A stretch of DNA of 63,118 nt, counting the filler, from Octopus bimaculoides (lineage: Eukaryota), in assembly GCF_001194135.2 (NCBI RefSeq). It is 8 parts of 7 records of this genome, joined end to end, with 100 filler letters (N's around TTAATTAATTAA, not from the genome) between each part and the next. Parts side by side here need not be neighbours in the genome. Positions count along the whole stretch, not along the records: positions 1 to 7,973 come from NC_068982.1; positions 8,074 to 17,778 come from NC_068984.1; 6 more parts are not named here. One strand, given 5' to 3'. This document shows, in pieces, positions 1 to 13,181 of this stretch; the stretch's first letter is position 1; each line of letters starts with the position of its first letter. Position numbers and translations under genes: made by a program. The notes beneath the pieces are model-generated. The model did no database searches and had not been told where the DNA came from. It saw nothing but the letters and a program-made list of their open reading frames with translations.

Positions 1-219
1 TATATATATATATATATGAGTAACTGTTTAGTGGGTGTAGCTATGTGTACTGTCTGAGTATTAACTAAGCATGAGTGAGTAAATAAAAAGATGTAGATGC
101 CTACGTGTTAGTTTAAGAGTGTATGTGTTTGTGGATGTGTATAGAAAACTGTGTACATATACGGAGTTATATTAGTTTGCATAGACGTATATTGATGAGT
201 GCGTGTCTGTGTGTGTACA

Positions 220-1026
220 TACGTGGTGGTATCGAAATATTCCCTGACTAGTTCTGTAGTACACCGACAAACAGCAAAAAAGGTTGCATGCCCAGTGAGA
301 GCGAGCAGTGACATTCATGAGGCAATGTGCACAGTGGCAACGTTGTGTTCGCTTTGAGAGTTGTGAAATTTGTGATTTTGTGATCACGTATATGATGTAG
401 TATGCGATAGTATCATGAGTAGGAAATTAGAACAAAAAGACAACGTAAAACTTTGCACTCAACTTAAGCAGTCTCCTACAAAGATATTGACCATGCTTCA
501 AAGTGGAAGTATTAGTCGTCACAGTGGATGAGCCATTCATCTCCACGACCGAAGAAGGCACGAGCAAACCGAATCTCATCCAAGAACATCTCATCATTTC
601 CACGGCGACGTTTTGGAGCGTTTGAGGGAGCACATTTAGCGAAAGCGACAGGATCTGTGGAGCGCGAAGAATTGGGTCCCCCGCGACAGCAAGGCACCCT
701 GACATCGAGCTCTCCTCACTCATGAAATTCTCGCCAAAAACAACAGGGTGTCGCTTCCACACCAACCCTATTCGCCAAATTTAGCACCTGTGGACCATCT
801 CTTCTCCAAAATGAAGATTCGGCACAAAGGTTGTCGAGAACCAGAGTGAATCGCAGAAGTTCCTCGACTCGGTTAAACAAAACGACTTCTAGGCCGGATT
901 CCAAATGTGGCAGGAACCCTGGGACCGGTGTATTGATGCGAAGGAGATTATGTTAAAACCTAGGTAAATAGGTTATACATTATTAAACGTAACTTGTCCG
1001 GGAACTTTTTCATATGCATATAAGTA
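220..1026 (+). mobile_element. Decayed, internally deleted mariner DNA transposon
   Basis: Frameshifted transposase pieces: SRKLEQKDNVKLCTQL (HTH start), SPRPKKAR, VLERLREHI*RKRQDLW, HQPYSPNLAP (mariner YSPDLAP), WQEPWDRCIDAKGDY. Degenerate TIRs: revcomp of left end AACTAGTCAGGGAA vs AACTTGTCCGGGAA at 991. TA at 220. Confidence 0.85.
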
Positions 1027-1483
1027 CATGTATCCATATATGTGAATTTGTGGGGAACTTTGTATACAAATGTATATGTGCGTAGGTTTTTGTTTTTCCC
1101 CAAACATTTCTTTTTATTATTATTCTTTATGAATATAAAGTATCCTGTGAACTAGATAGAAACAAGGTTTATCCTAATTATGATACTTTGCTATGTCAAA
1201 CAAGTTCATGCATTCTCTTCTACTCTTTCTCTCTCCACGTTATTCCTTATATTTCTCCACCTACTACCTTCTCTTATACAGACGGTAGCGAGTTCCTCAT
1301 TATATACTTCATACAAGACTTAAACTTTTCGGTCACTGACCGAAATATATTCTTACATATATGCACATGACGAAAACGGTTGTGTTTTTGTATTTTTTAC
1401 ATGATGTAACACTACTATTCATCAATAAAAACACGCCCGAAACAGCTGTAGTGAACGACAAATCATCTGTCATTATATTATGT

Positions 1484-1508
1484 ATACATACATACATACA
1501 TACATACA

Positions 1509-1580
<72 letters not shown>
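1484..1580. repeat. (TACA)n-(TA)n compound microsatellite
   Basis: Directly visible. Confidence 0.95.
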
Positions 1581-1583
<3 letters not shown>

Positions 1584-2049
1584 ATAAAATCTACATAAGA
1601 TTTATCAAGTATGCAGCGTGGAAAACCAATTGAGGAAAAATTAATACAAAGTATATCATTTTTCCTTATATATAACATGTATTATCATATCAAGGGCTAT
1701 TACTACAAGCAACGCCTTGCGCTGTAATTAACTCCTTCAATACATATACATAGGCACCGAAATTGTGGGAAGGAACATAGAAGTTCCCTTAAAAAAGGTT
1801 TAGTTGTATATCATTAATGATTTCATGGTCAGCATGTATAATATGCTCTACAATCATCGGTGCAACATAACCAGAAAATATAAATATAAATGTCTCCACA
1901 TACGAAGCATACAACAACGCATCCAGCTGAGCATATAAAATGTTCACACTTATATATTCCAGTAAGGCGGCTTCCCATGTTCAACTCGGCCGCACATATA
2001 ATCGCAACAATTCAGCACTGAATATATTCCGGTTTACTTTTTAAATAAA

Positions 2050-3624
2050 AGGTTCTGGGAAAAGATGCTGCATATATTCTGAGTACAATTCCACTTTGGA
2101 ATAACGCAATTACAAGAAGACAGGATGAAATGTATAATTTTGCTGAGGAGAAGATTGTGGAAATCCTCCAAAGCAAGTTATCCTTCTGGTCTACGTCAGA
2201 TTCATCTATGAAGATGATATAAGGGAAGAAAAGTTATTCATTAAAGGTTTGTCTGAAACTACTAATGGAGAAGATATATTCAATGAAGTAATGCAAACGT
2301 TTAATGATAAAAACATTCCATTGACAAATTTGATCAACATTGCATCAGATGGAGCTGCAGCCATGACTGGGAAACTGAAAGGCTTTGTTTCTAGAATGAA
2401 ATCAGTTGCTCCTCACATTTTTATATACATTGCATTATCCACAGACAGCATTTGGTTGCTAATAATATTGGAGGACAGATGGAAGAAGCACCCAACACTG
2501 CTATACATGCAATTGACGTTGTCAAATCAAACTCAGTGAATAATAGATTTTTATGCAAATCTGTGAAGGTGAAGATTTTAAAACCCTATTGCTTCACACA
2601 GAATTAAGATGGTTGTCAAAAGGCCTGATCCTTGAAAGACAAGTGAATTTGTGGGAACCATTCAATCAACTTTCTCCTGTTCAAGAGTCATTTCCACTCC
2701 AAGAAGCAAGCTGACACAGCTAAGAAAATTTTGGTACGACTTTCTGAGTTTAAAACAAACATATTCTACTTGAGTGATATTTTAAAACAGTGAATCTGTC
2801 TAACTTAAAGCTGCAAGGTAGAAAATCAGATTTGGTCACCTGTTCTCAGAAGATAAAAGGGCATATGGGGAAATTAAAATTTTGGTAAAAACACTTCAAA
2901 AAAAATAATTTGGCATCATTTCAAAAAGTTAACACCACAATTCGTACATCAGAATGCATTGCTGCATGCATTGCCCATCTTGAAGGTCTTCATGTAGACT
3001 TTGAGAGAAGATACAAGGATTCATTAAAGATGGATTATACACTCTGGTTTATAGACCTAGAAAATTATGAGCTAGGACGTGAAAATTTGAGTTAGCTGAA
3101 ATGTTGGATTTGAAAGAGAATATGAAGCTGACTAGAGTTGAAAAAGATGTCTTTGCCTACATATCGATAAAGGAATCACAACCAAATATTTTGCGACATG
3201 AAGAAACAAGCATCATTTCTTTCCATACCACATGGATGGTGGAATCTGCATTTTCATCTGATGTAAATATTTTAAGTAGAAAAAGAAATAAATTAGATGT
3301 CAACAGCAGAGGAACTATCAGACTAAGACTAAATGAGTTCCTTAAAATTGATTATGATATCTTGTGTCAAAAACACCAATATCAAGCTAGTCACTAGCTG
3401 AATGGACTAAAAATTAAGGACTTTATTAAAAATGATTTTGATATCTAGTGGTTATCATTGTTTAATAAAATAAATTTTAGTTTGCTAAAATAAATTTTAA
3501 AGTGGAAATAGACTACTTTGTCTTTTCATTAAGTATTTTAGTGTGAAAATAGAACAGCATAAAGTAAAATTAGAAGTTGTCCTAGAAAAATGGTCCCTGG
3601 GCTGAAAATGTTTGGGAACCACTG
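2050..3624 (+). mobile_element. 5'-truncated hAT (Buster/Charlie-type) transposon remnant
   Basis: Motifs IPLWNNAITRRQDEM, ASDGAAAMTG, IHCIIHRQHL, LLHTELRWLSKG with frameshifts and stops. Right TIR GTTTGGGAACCACTG at 3610-3624 followed by GTCTACTT. Left TIR not found. Confidence 0.9.
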
Positions 3625-3719
3625 GTCTACTTTAGGCAAAAATGAAAATATATCTGACATCTCATTTTAACAGATATATTCACCAAAATTACATAAAAAT
3701 ACCTCGAAATACTAAAGAG

Positions 3720-4459
3720 TAAATTTATACAATAAAATCGACTTCGAAATTTCGTGCAACTCTTCTGGATGTCTCCTGGTTTAAGTTGGTGAATGTTGCC
3801 ATAATCCTTGCCTTCAGTTCATCTTTGACGTTACCAGGATTTTTATTCGTCTCTCGCTTAACTGCACATCACACATAATAATCAAGTGGGTTGCAGTCTG
3901 GGGAGTTAAATGGCCAGATGTTAAGTTGATATGGTCGCAAAAATTGTTTGACACCCATGACTGGGTTCCCTTGTTTGTGTAGCATGGGTCACAGTCCAGT
4001 TAAAAGATACAGGCTCTTCCAGCAGCCTACCTTTTCGCCCAAGTCAGCATTATCTCCTCCAGGCACTTGCTGTAAGCCTATGTGTTAAGTCTGGGGCCGT
4101 GTAGCAAGATGATTGGAGGCATAACGTTGCCATCACTAGTTATCACTCCAAACACCATGATGCTGTCTGGAAGTTTGATTTTTATCACTCTTGCTACATC
4201 TTCTCCGATTGCAATGATCTCAGATTGACACTCAAGTTCTTTGAAATGTTCTTATTGGAGCTTCCGGCTCGAATGCCAAACAGTGCAGTAAGTTGTTTCG
4301 GAGTTTCGGGCAGAGAGAATGGCATGATGATGCTTTATTTCTTACAGACTGTGCCCAATTGACCCTACTATACTGTGTAATCGACAAATTCAAAAGCAAA
4401 AAATGCACATGCGCAAATTTGTAAATGTAAAATGGTGACAATTTAACCATTGCACCCTA
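3720..4459 (-). mobile_element. Tc1/mariner superfamily remnant, maT/DD37D-like
   Basis: Minus strand IMVFGVITSDGNVMPPI (4110-4160) and IWPFNSPDCNPLDYYV...DELKARIMATFTNL (3790-3920). TA-GGGTGCAATGGTTAAATTGTCACC terminus at 4459. Confidence 0.85.
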
Positions 4460-4498
4460 TATATATTTATATATATATATATATATATNNNNNNNNNN

Positions 4499-4556
<58 letters not shown>

Positions 4557-5309
4557 AAAATAGTCTTGGGCAGAATTACCAAAAGACAATGTTGTGACAC
4601 CAACATTTAATATTTCCTCCGTAGGATATATCTTCTACTCATTAACAAGGAACCTTTTTTCCCAATCACCTAAGTGGCAGGTGGCAAAGTTATGAAACAT
4701 AAACAGCACATTCGTACTACGCCGAACACGCCCACATATTATGCAGCTACATATATGAAGAGGGGAAAAATGTGTATGCCTGTATATAAGCGTGTATTCG
4801 GGAGTATCAGTATGTATACATATATATGCAAAGATGCATGTGTGTATATACTATGCTTATGTAGGTTTTCCTTTGTGGGCAAAGCTATAGCTCTCTGTGG
4901 CTGAACAGCGGCTATCAAGGTGAGTATACACTGATATGTCTGATATACTGTGAACTACCTTGTAATTTCCTTTAGAGTTGTTTTTGAGGTCTTTGCTTTT
5001 GTATGACTCGCATAATAAGAAACACATGTTTATGCATTTATGGTTATCTGAATACTGATTCAGTAGATGTGCACCGAGAAATATGAAATTTCTCATCTAA
5101 GAGAACTATGATCGAACTGTTAAAGCTTGTGTGCGCCTATCTACTCTTTTTCTCTTCTTCTCTATTCCTCTTTATATACTTGTGCATATATAAAGAGACA
5201 AAAGCAGTAGATGTATACATGTATGTATGTGTTTCCATGTTTGTGGATGTAAGCATTTATGTACATATGTATGTATGTATGTATGTATGCAAATAAGTAT
5301 TCTCTATGT

Positions 5310-5640
5310 GAAGGCGCGTGGTTCAGTGGCTAGAGCGTCGGACTGACAATAATGAGGTAATGAGATCGAATCCCGGAGCGGGCAGTGTGTTGTGTTCTTG
5401 AGGAAGACACTTTATTTCACGTTGTTCCAGTTCACGCAGTTCCAGAAATGAGTTGTGACGTCACTGGGGCCAAGCTGTACCAGTCTTTGCCTTTCTTTGG
5501 ATAACATCGATGGCATGGAGAGAGGAGGCTGGAATGCATGGGCGACTGCTGGCCTTCCATAAACAACGTTGCTAGGACTTGTGCCTCGGAGGAGAACTTT
5601 CTCAGTGCAATACTATGGTCCTTCATGACCAAAGAGGGTC
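5310..5640 (+). mobile_element. tRNA-derived SINE, family D
   Basis: A-box TGGTTCAGTGGCTAG, B-box AGATCGAATCCC, then TGTGTTGTGTTCTTGAGGAAGACACTT (CORE/V/Meta-like central motif). Confidence 0.75.
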
Positions 5641-6204
5641 TTTACTGTACTATGAATTTTCTAACTCAATGCAAGATCCAAAATACTAATCGGGAAGCTT
5701 TAGTTCTATACTGAACTAATGCTATTTTATGCAATTTGTGCATAAAAATACCCAGTGGCTTCAGAAGGTTTCTACAATGAAAACCAGAATGGGCAATTAT
5801 AAACCGGGCAGCCAGGAAAATGAGAACCACTTGGTCCAAAATCATGCGGTTTGAGTGTATTGAAAGCAGACGAATTTGCGTCTCCCGAGTTGGCCACAAA
5901 CTCAAGTCATCTACGGAAACACGACGAAAGGTATCATGTTGTATACAACTAATTTCTATCAGCTAATCCGTTATGTAATCTCTGTGGCATGCAATGTACC
6001 AGGTGATTTGAATAAAGAAGGCACATGAAAGAACACAATCAACATATGCAAATCACTTACTGCCATTACAATCTAGTGCAGGTCTCATAATCACTGAAAT
6101 AAGAAAATATATATATAGAAATAAGATATGCCATGCGACGGCCAAACTGATCTAACCAGTCGTGAGCCACACTGTATGTGTAGACAGACAAACAGAAAGA
6201 CAAG

Positions 6205-6205
6205 G

Positions 6206-6284
<79 letters not shown>

Positions 6285-6335
6285 CAGAGACAGAGAGAGA
6301 GAGAGAGAGACAGACAGAGAGAGACAGAGAGACAT

Positions 6336-6366
<31 letters not shown>

Positions 6367-6389
6367 GACAGAGACAGAGAGAGAGAGAT
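6205..6389. repeat. (GA)n/(GAGACA)n microsatellite
   Basis: Directly visible; explains ORFs 6066-6527. Confidence 0.95.
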
Positions 6390-6791
6390 GTGAATAGCCA
6401 TTGCCCCAATCAACTGAAAAATTTATATCGGTTGTATGAAAAGTTTGACGCATATTTCAAGTCGAATTACTACAAAACAGTGCAACGAGGAAAGAGCTAT
6501 GAGTTGCGTGTACAACACATGATTTGAAGAAAAAAATCTGTCTAAGGCACGCAGTGAATTCGACCGTGGGATGCAATTATTGGAAACTTAGCTTTATAGG
6601 TATAAGGGCATGCCCACTCTGTGGACACATACGTGTGTGTATGCTTCAGTGCATGTGTTTGTGTGTGTATTTGTGCATGTATACGTATACATATTAAAGT
6701 TAAATATATAAATATATACTCTGGTTATAGAGTGACTTCATGTAAATACATTGCTGCTCTATCCCTTAGAGTGTGNNNNNNNNNNATATAA

Positions 6792-6853
<62 letters not shown>

Positions 6854-8017
6854 ATCTTTGTATGCATGTGTGTATGTATGTGTGTGCCTGTGTGCGCGCT
6901 TATGTATATATACTGATACGCCCGCATATTATATGAAGAGAAACGCAGAAAGAGAGAGGGCAGAAGAGAAAAAAGGTGTGTGAGAAACAGAAAGAGAAAG
7001 AGAGAGTGGGGAGGAAAGAGAATGTGTATGCATGATGTATTACGCCAACATTAATTAATATTTTCGGTTTGTTTTAGGCCTATGAATCTTGTACATGTTT
7101 TATTTCATTCTTCATTTTTATTTTAATTTCTTTTTGCAGTAAATAAACTTTATACAGATTAGGAAGCAAGCTTCGCCGTATGAGGAAAAACTGGGTGTGG
7201 GAAGAATTTGCCACGCCCTCCATCCCACAAATGCAGAGGCATCATGGTCAGCTTCCAGCAGAATCTTGATGGAAAAAAGGCAGTGCTTTGAGGAAAATAT
7301 CAACCGAAATGGCTGCTACTTTAAGAAATATGAACAACAACAACAAGAACCAAAGTATAGCAACAACAAAACTTATAACAAACACAACATGAAAAATAAT
7401 AACAGAACAGGACAACAAGTGTGACGTGCGCAAGCAAGCACTGTATAAAACAAAAGAAATTTACTGGATACTATTTCTATTAATACTATGTTTAATAATG
7501 CTTCATAACAAACGGTGTTATGTATGCAACCAGAGGCATGCATAAAAGGTGTTGGAATTGCATAAATATGAGGAAAAAATATTGACAGAGATTTACGCAT
7601 CCATTCACACACACTCACACTCAAAAACGTACATATTAACACGCTAACACATACTAACATAACATCCATGCATACATTTTTATTACGTGCTTTATACTTA
7701 TACATCCTCACATCTGAAAAACAAATATCAATGTGCACGTATACACGCACACATACGAACACACACACACACACACACATGCATGTATATACAATATACA
7801 TCGATTCTTGTAGACGCACACGAACACACATACACACACACACATATATGTATGCGTTTATGCATGTGTGTATGTATATACATCCCCCACAAACTATTTT
7901 GTAAAAAAACGACTGAAAATTTGAACAGGACGCACACATATATATATATATATGTATATATGTATGTGTATATNNNNNNNNNNNNNNNNNNNNNNNNNNN
8001 NNNNNNNNNNNNNNNNN

Positions 8018-8029
8018 TTAATTAATTAA
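8018..8029. other. Artificial scaffold spacer TTAATTAATTAA within 44N+12+44N; also at 17823, 23805, 31713, 43302, 49417, 60466
   Basis: Identical palindromic 12-mer with stops in all six frames, in 100-bp gaps (44 N each side counted at 7974-8073). Confidence 0.95.
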
Positions 8030-8113
8030 NNNNNNNNNNNNNNNNNNNNNNNNNNNNNNNNNNNNNNNNNNNNTACATACATACATACATACATGCATAT
8101 ATAAATATATATA

Positions 8114-8958
8114 CACACGAGATCTGATCAATAAGTATCCGTACTGTTACCACAGTAACGTAGCTAAAGCATTCAGAGTGAAGCCGCTTGGCACAGATTG
8201 ACCTTGAATTCTGATGTGCATGTGCACAAAGTTTGAACGTTCTAGCTCACATCCACTAGCCTTTGGTTTTGTTGACATAACAACTGTTCAGAAATGGTTC
8301 CTAAGCCCTCGTTCAGGAGATGATAACCTTGAAAATAAACCAAGGGTAGGCCAAGATCAGTTATTCGGCATGATGGTTTAAATGCTTTGGTTGAACAAAA
8401 CCTGAGAACAAAGGTTCGAAGACTTTCATCAGAACTCCAAACATCTCGCGCAACTGTTTTTGAACACCTGTAAAAAATTGGAAAAGTCAAGAAAACGGAT
8501 AGGTTTTTCCACATCAACTGAACGAGATTAAAAAGAACAGACGCATCGAAGTGTGCTCCTTATTGCTTTCTCGACTGGAAAAAGACAATTTTTGCATCAA
8601 ATCGCTGCTTGTGATGAGAAATGGATACTCTTTGACAACAGCAGGAGAACAGGATAGTGATTAGATGCAGGAGAGTCACCTAAACACTACCCAAACCCAC
8701 CATTGCACCCTAAAAAGCTAGTATTCACTGTATGGTGGTCTGCAAAGGAAGTTATTCATTATTCATTTTTGCAACAAGGAAAAATGGTAACAGCAACACC
8801 GTATTGCCAGGAAATTGATTGTATGAATGAGAAATTGAAAAAGAAGCAACCCAGACTAGTGAACAGAGGTGGCCCACGGCAATGCACTTCCTCCCACTCT
8901 TCAAGGTACGGTCCAAAAGTTGCACAACCTGAATTATGAGATTTTGCAACATCCTCCC
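8114..8958 (+). mobile_element. Decayed mariner transposase running into a gap
   Basis: TVQKWF..RSGDDNLENKPR, FLHQIAACDEKWI, LHPKKLVFTVWWSAKEVIHY, HGNA, YEILQHPP. TIR-like start CACGAGATCTGATCAATAAGTATCC. Confidence 0.9.
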
Positions 8959-9490
8959 NNNNNNNNNNNNNNNNNNNNNNNNNNNNNNNNNNNNNNNNNN
9001 NNNNNNNNNNNNNNNNNNNNNNNNNNNNNNNNNNNNNNNNNNNNNNNNNNNNNNNNNNNNNNNNNNNNNNNNNNNNNNNNNNNNNNNNNNNNNNNNNNNN
9101 NNNNNNNNNNNNNNNNNNNNNNNNNNNNNNNNNNNNNNNNNNNNNNNNNNNNNNNNNNNNNNNNNNNNNNNNNNNNNNNNNNNNNNNNNNNNNNNNNNNN
9201 NNNNNNNNNNNNNNNNNNNNNNNNNNNNNNNNNNNNNNNNNNNNNNNNNNNNNNNNNNNNNNNNNNNNNNNNNNNNNNNNNNNNNNNNNNNNNNNNNNNN
9301 NNNNNNNNNNNNNNNNNNNNNNNNNNNNNNNNNNNNNNNNNNNNNNNNNNNNNNNNNNNNNNNNNNNNNNNNNNNNNNNNNNNNNNNNNNNNNNNNNNNN
9401 NNNNNNNNNNNNNNNNNNNNNNNNNNNNNNNNNNNNNNNNNNNNNNNNNNNNNNNNNNNNNNNNNNNNNNNNNNNNNNNNNNNNNNNNNN

Positions 9491-9533
<43 letters not shown>

Positions 9534-11100
9534 ACTAGCTTAAAAGCCGCACTCCATACGAACTTCTAAGCTGGCTCCTGTGGAGGGCTAATTGGGCCTG
9601 CGGCCCAAAACTAAAGATAGCAATAATAATAAAGCATTTATTGTTGCCCTACCAAAATGGTATTACTTTAAACTCAGTTTAAACGAAAAACTTGTAAGTT
9701 TACAAATTTTGGGAGTTCTTTTAAAATTTTAATTTTCAACTGTTAGCATATATGAAATCCTTATCCAGGCCTGATCCCAATGCTGGGTGTTCAAGAACCA
9801 AATGAAGAGCAGATTTTCAATTCCGGTATCATCCTGATTCCAAAAAGGTATAATATGTCTGTCTATATGAAGCAAATGTAGACTGCCGTCGAAAGCACAG
9901 ATATATTCCTTCTTTTTAAGTTTTTGGTAGTTTCTCCACACAGAAACAGCTATGATATCGATCGGGATTTTTGATGAATAGCCAAAGCACTCTTTTGCTT
10001 AGCAAGATGCTTCTGATCAAAGAAAAACCTGACTTTATGGATGTCAGTTCATTTACTGTTTGTGATTCGTCTGAGAAATGCTGGAATAATAATAAAAAAA
10101 AAAAACAATGTACTAAATTTTGTTCTACATAAAACGCTGGATTGCATATAGGATGATGTAAGTTGAACAGTGTTTGTGAAAATATTTTCTCAGCTGCAGC
10201 TGAGTGGGCTCATTATTATAAATGCTACTAATATTAGTGGGATTCTACCAAATTGCAAGTGTCTTAACAACATCAACTTTGGCACTAAATTACGTCTTTC
10301 CAAGTGAAATGTTTAGTGATTCCTAGTCACAAGGCAACTTGGCTACTTGTCCTTCTGCTTTTGCTATTGCTTGTGTCACCTAAATCTAATGAATCAGAAT
10401 CCGTTGGGCCTATAGATATTATCAGAATATTTAAATTCTACAGAAGTTGACGCTTTGAGGACCTTTGAAATGAAAATTGTTCAATATCTTTTGTAGCTGC
10501 TGCAAGTGACTTTCTAATGAATTGTCATATAACTATTATATATTGAATCAACAACGAAGAAGTAATAGAATGTTGATAGATGTCTTTGTTGACAAATGGT
10601 CTACTAACAGTAGCTTGATGCATTAAGAAACCTAACAATAGTCTCTAACTACTAAAAATAAACAAACATTATTATCACATTCCATTATTAAATAAACAAC
10701 CATTATTTTTACAATGAAGTAATTGTATTATTCTATCTCAAAAACCTTTAAGTTACATTCACTCTAAAAAAGCAGTTATATTATACTTATTGTGAGCGAG
10801 AATCGCGGAGAGAAGATAACAAGAACCGACTAGTCGGGTTAGGGTAACTTCTGCATATTCAGCATACTATCCTAACAGACAAAACTGCGTGCAAGGGGAA
10901 AAGAAAAGACGAGAAGAGCACAAAATAACAGTAGTACATATGAACATATGGATACAATTTTTCGAAGGAGGATTGAGGTCGAACCTAAGATTTGCTCAAA
11001 AACTATTTTAATTGCTCGAAAAATCCAATGTTCATAAAACAAGCTAATTAAGCTCATAAATAACACTGTGTAACACGACTTTTGCCCTGGGGTAGCAATT

Positions 11101-11505
11101 GTTATTTCCTATTTGCTTACACCTTGAAAGTATGAAAAATGACTAATATTTCCTTCAGCCTTTGCTTTTGTTACAAACATTCACACCCCAAAGAATCCGT
11201 CTCAACATATGGGTATGAAGCTCCCCCACTACTCGTGCTCATGAGCAGAGGCAGAGATGCACATACTGTCAGCCACAAATGGACATGCCCAAGTGGTTAA
11301 GCAACTGATAAGCAAATCTATGGTATTGGGCAGAATATTTGCTATAACGATATTTCTGCTTCAGCACCTCAGCACTGAATCTGTCGGAAATGTAATGGAA
11401 AATAGGTCAGTTTCAAAATATTGATGTCCAGGTCACAAAAGCAAAGTTTGAAGGGAATAGTAGTCATTTCCTTTGATTTCTAGATAGAAGCAAATAGGAA
11501 ATAAC
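11101..11505. mobile_element. MITE-like element with ~71 bp imperfect TIRs
   Basis: 11101-11171 GTTATTTCCTATTTGCTT...CTTTGCTTTTGT matches the revcomp of 11435-11505. No clear TSD. Confidence 0.75.
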
Positions 11506-12964
11506 ACTTATTGACCAAAGACAAAAATAAATAAATAAAAGTCTTGTCATACAGTATAACATAATCAACCCTCAGCAAACAATGCTCGTATAACAAAAAT
11601 ATTACACACATTCTTAATCGGGAATGACAATAGTTTTGAGTATTTTTTCTATAATCAAACATCCTCACATTTTGGAATATGTTCAGATAAGGTCTAAGAA
11701 TAGAAGGTATGTATTTTTCTTAAAGCCGAATGTATTGATAATCATGGCAACATCATGTAGGACTGCATTTGCATACATCCGTTCGTTACAAGTCAGAACC
11801 ATAACGTTGAGCAGATACCTCTTGAATACTTTGAGCATCCAAAAGAAATGCTCACAAGAAAATGACTTGGCATCAAACCACGGATAACACTTGAACTGCA
11901 GTCCTTACGAAGCGTCGGTTGTTGGAAACTTAGCATCTCTATTCAAAAGTTTGATTGTACTAAACGTTCAATGTGTAAACGAGGTTTTCACCAGAAAGTT
12001 CGCCCGAAAATTTAAGTATGGCTCAAATTGTGTGGGTATTATAACCCCTACTCGCTTTCTCGTTGCTTACGGCTGCACATTAAAATAAAATCTAAGAAAT
12101 TATAGAGGGCAATACAAATTAGAAAATAAAATAAAACAAGCTTAACTTGGAAGGACTGAAGGAAAATGAAAACCACTTTACTTGCAACCGGTGAACAAAA
12201 GGAGTGAAGATCTTTTGTGCTAACAAACGACAATATGAAAAGATATGAGCTCACTGCAGAGTAACATCATTCATGAAATGAGGATGTATCTCACTAGGCT
12301 GCAAAACGCGTACTTGTAGACTATAACAGTGGTAAATAAATGATACAAGAATGAGCAGGAGGTGGCTAGTAAAATAACTTCCAAAAAGATGATAATAATG
12401 ATAAGGGAAGTTAATCAGAAGGGGCGTAGCAATGTTAAAGTATCGACTACGTTGGTCTGTTGTAAAATGAATGAGCCTATTCAAAATATATGGAAAACTA
12501 TGGAATGATGAAATTCTGAAAACAAATTATAGAAATCACCCAAAATAAAACACATAAGAGATAAAATGTAAAGCTAGAAAAGATATTATCAGCGGTACTT
12601 ACCCGTTAATTCTTGCTTAGCAAATTGATGTAGAACAAACACACGACAGTGATAAATTGGCACTGTCTAAAACGGAAATACAGAGAGGAAAACGTGACCT
12701 CAGCGAAAATAAAATCGTGAAGATGGAATGAATGGAGTATTATAGGATCACATTAAGATTAGATTTTAGAATTCGAGCAAGACTGCTGGGAGCGAGGGCA
12801 ATTTTTGGTTTTGCTTTGGCTTCGCTCCGTTGCTGTCTCTGTCCATGTATTGAACTTGGCCACTCGATAAATATAGATCTATAAATATAACCAGACAGAA
12901 ATCAGTTCTGAAGTCAATATGACCGACTAGATTCCTTGAAGTTGGTCTTTTACTATGGTCCAAT

Positions 12965-13181
12965 GGCGAGCTGGCAGAATCGTTAGCATGCCGGGTAAAA
13001 TGCTTAGTGGTATTTCGTCCGTCTTTACGTCCTGAGTTCAAATTTACCGAGGTCGACTTGGTCGTTTATTCCTTACATGGTCGATGAAATAAGTACCAGT
13101 TGAGCACAGGGGTCAATGCAATCGATTTACCCTCTCCCCCGAACTTGGTGTCCTTACTAGCGTCAAAATTTGAAACCAATA
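12965..13181 (+). mobile_element. tRNA-derived SINE family A, full length
   Basis: GGCGAGCTGGCAGAATCGTTAG head, GAGTTCAAAT B-box, GTCGATGAAATAAGTACCAGTTGAGCAC body shared with many copies in the window. Confidence 0.9.

Noticed and set aside
1327-1345. 9 bp-arm palindrome TTTCGGTCACTGACCGAAA; also CCGACTAGTCGG at 10826-10837
   Set aside because: No hammerhead core, TIR partner or other context found.
7155-7424. RRMRKNWVWEEF resembling a cadherin N-terminus
   Set aside because: Frame stops after ~37 codons and no cadherin repeat follows.
9533-9620. Minus-strand CTAGT end with a GGGCC-GCA-GGCCC hairpin (Helitron-like)
   Set aside because: Hairpin is ~55 bp from the end, too far; no other support.
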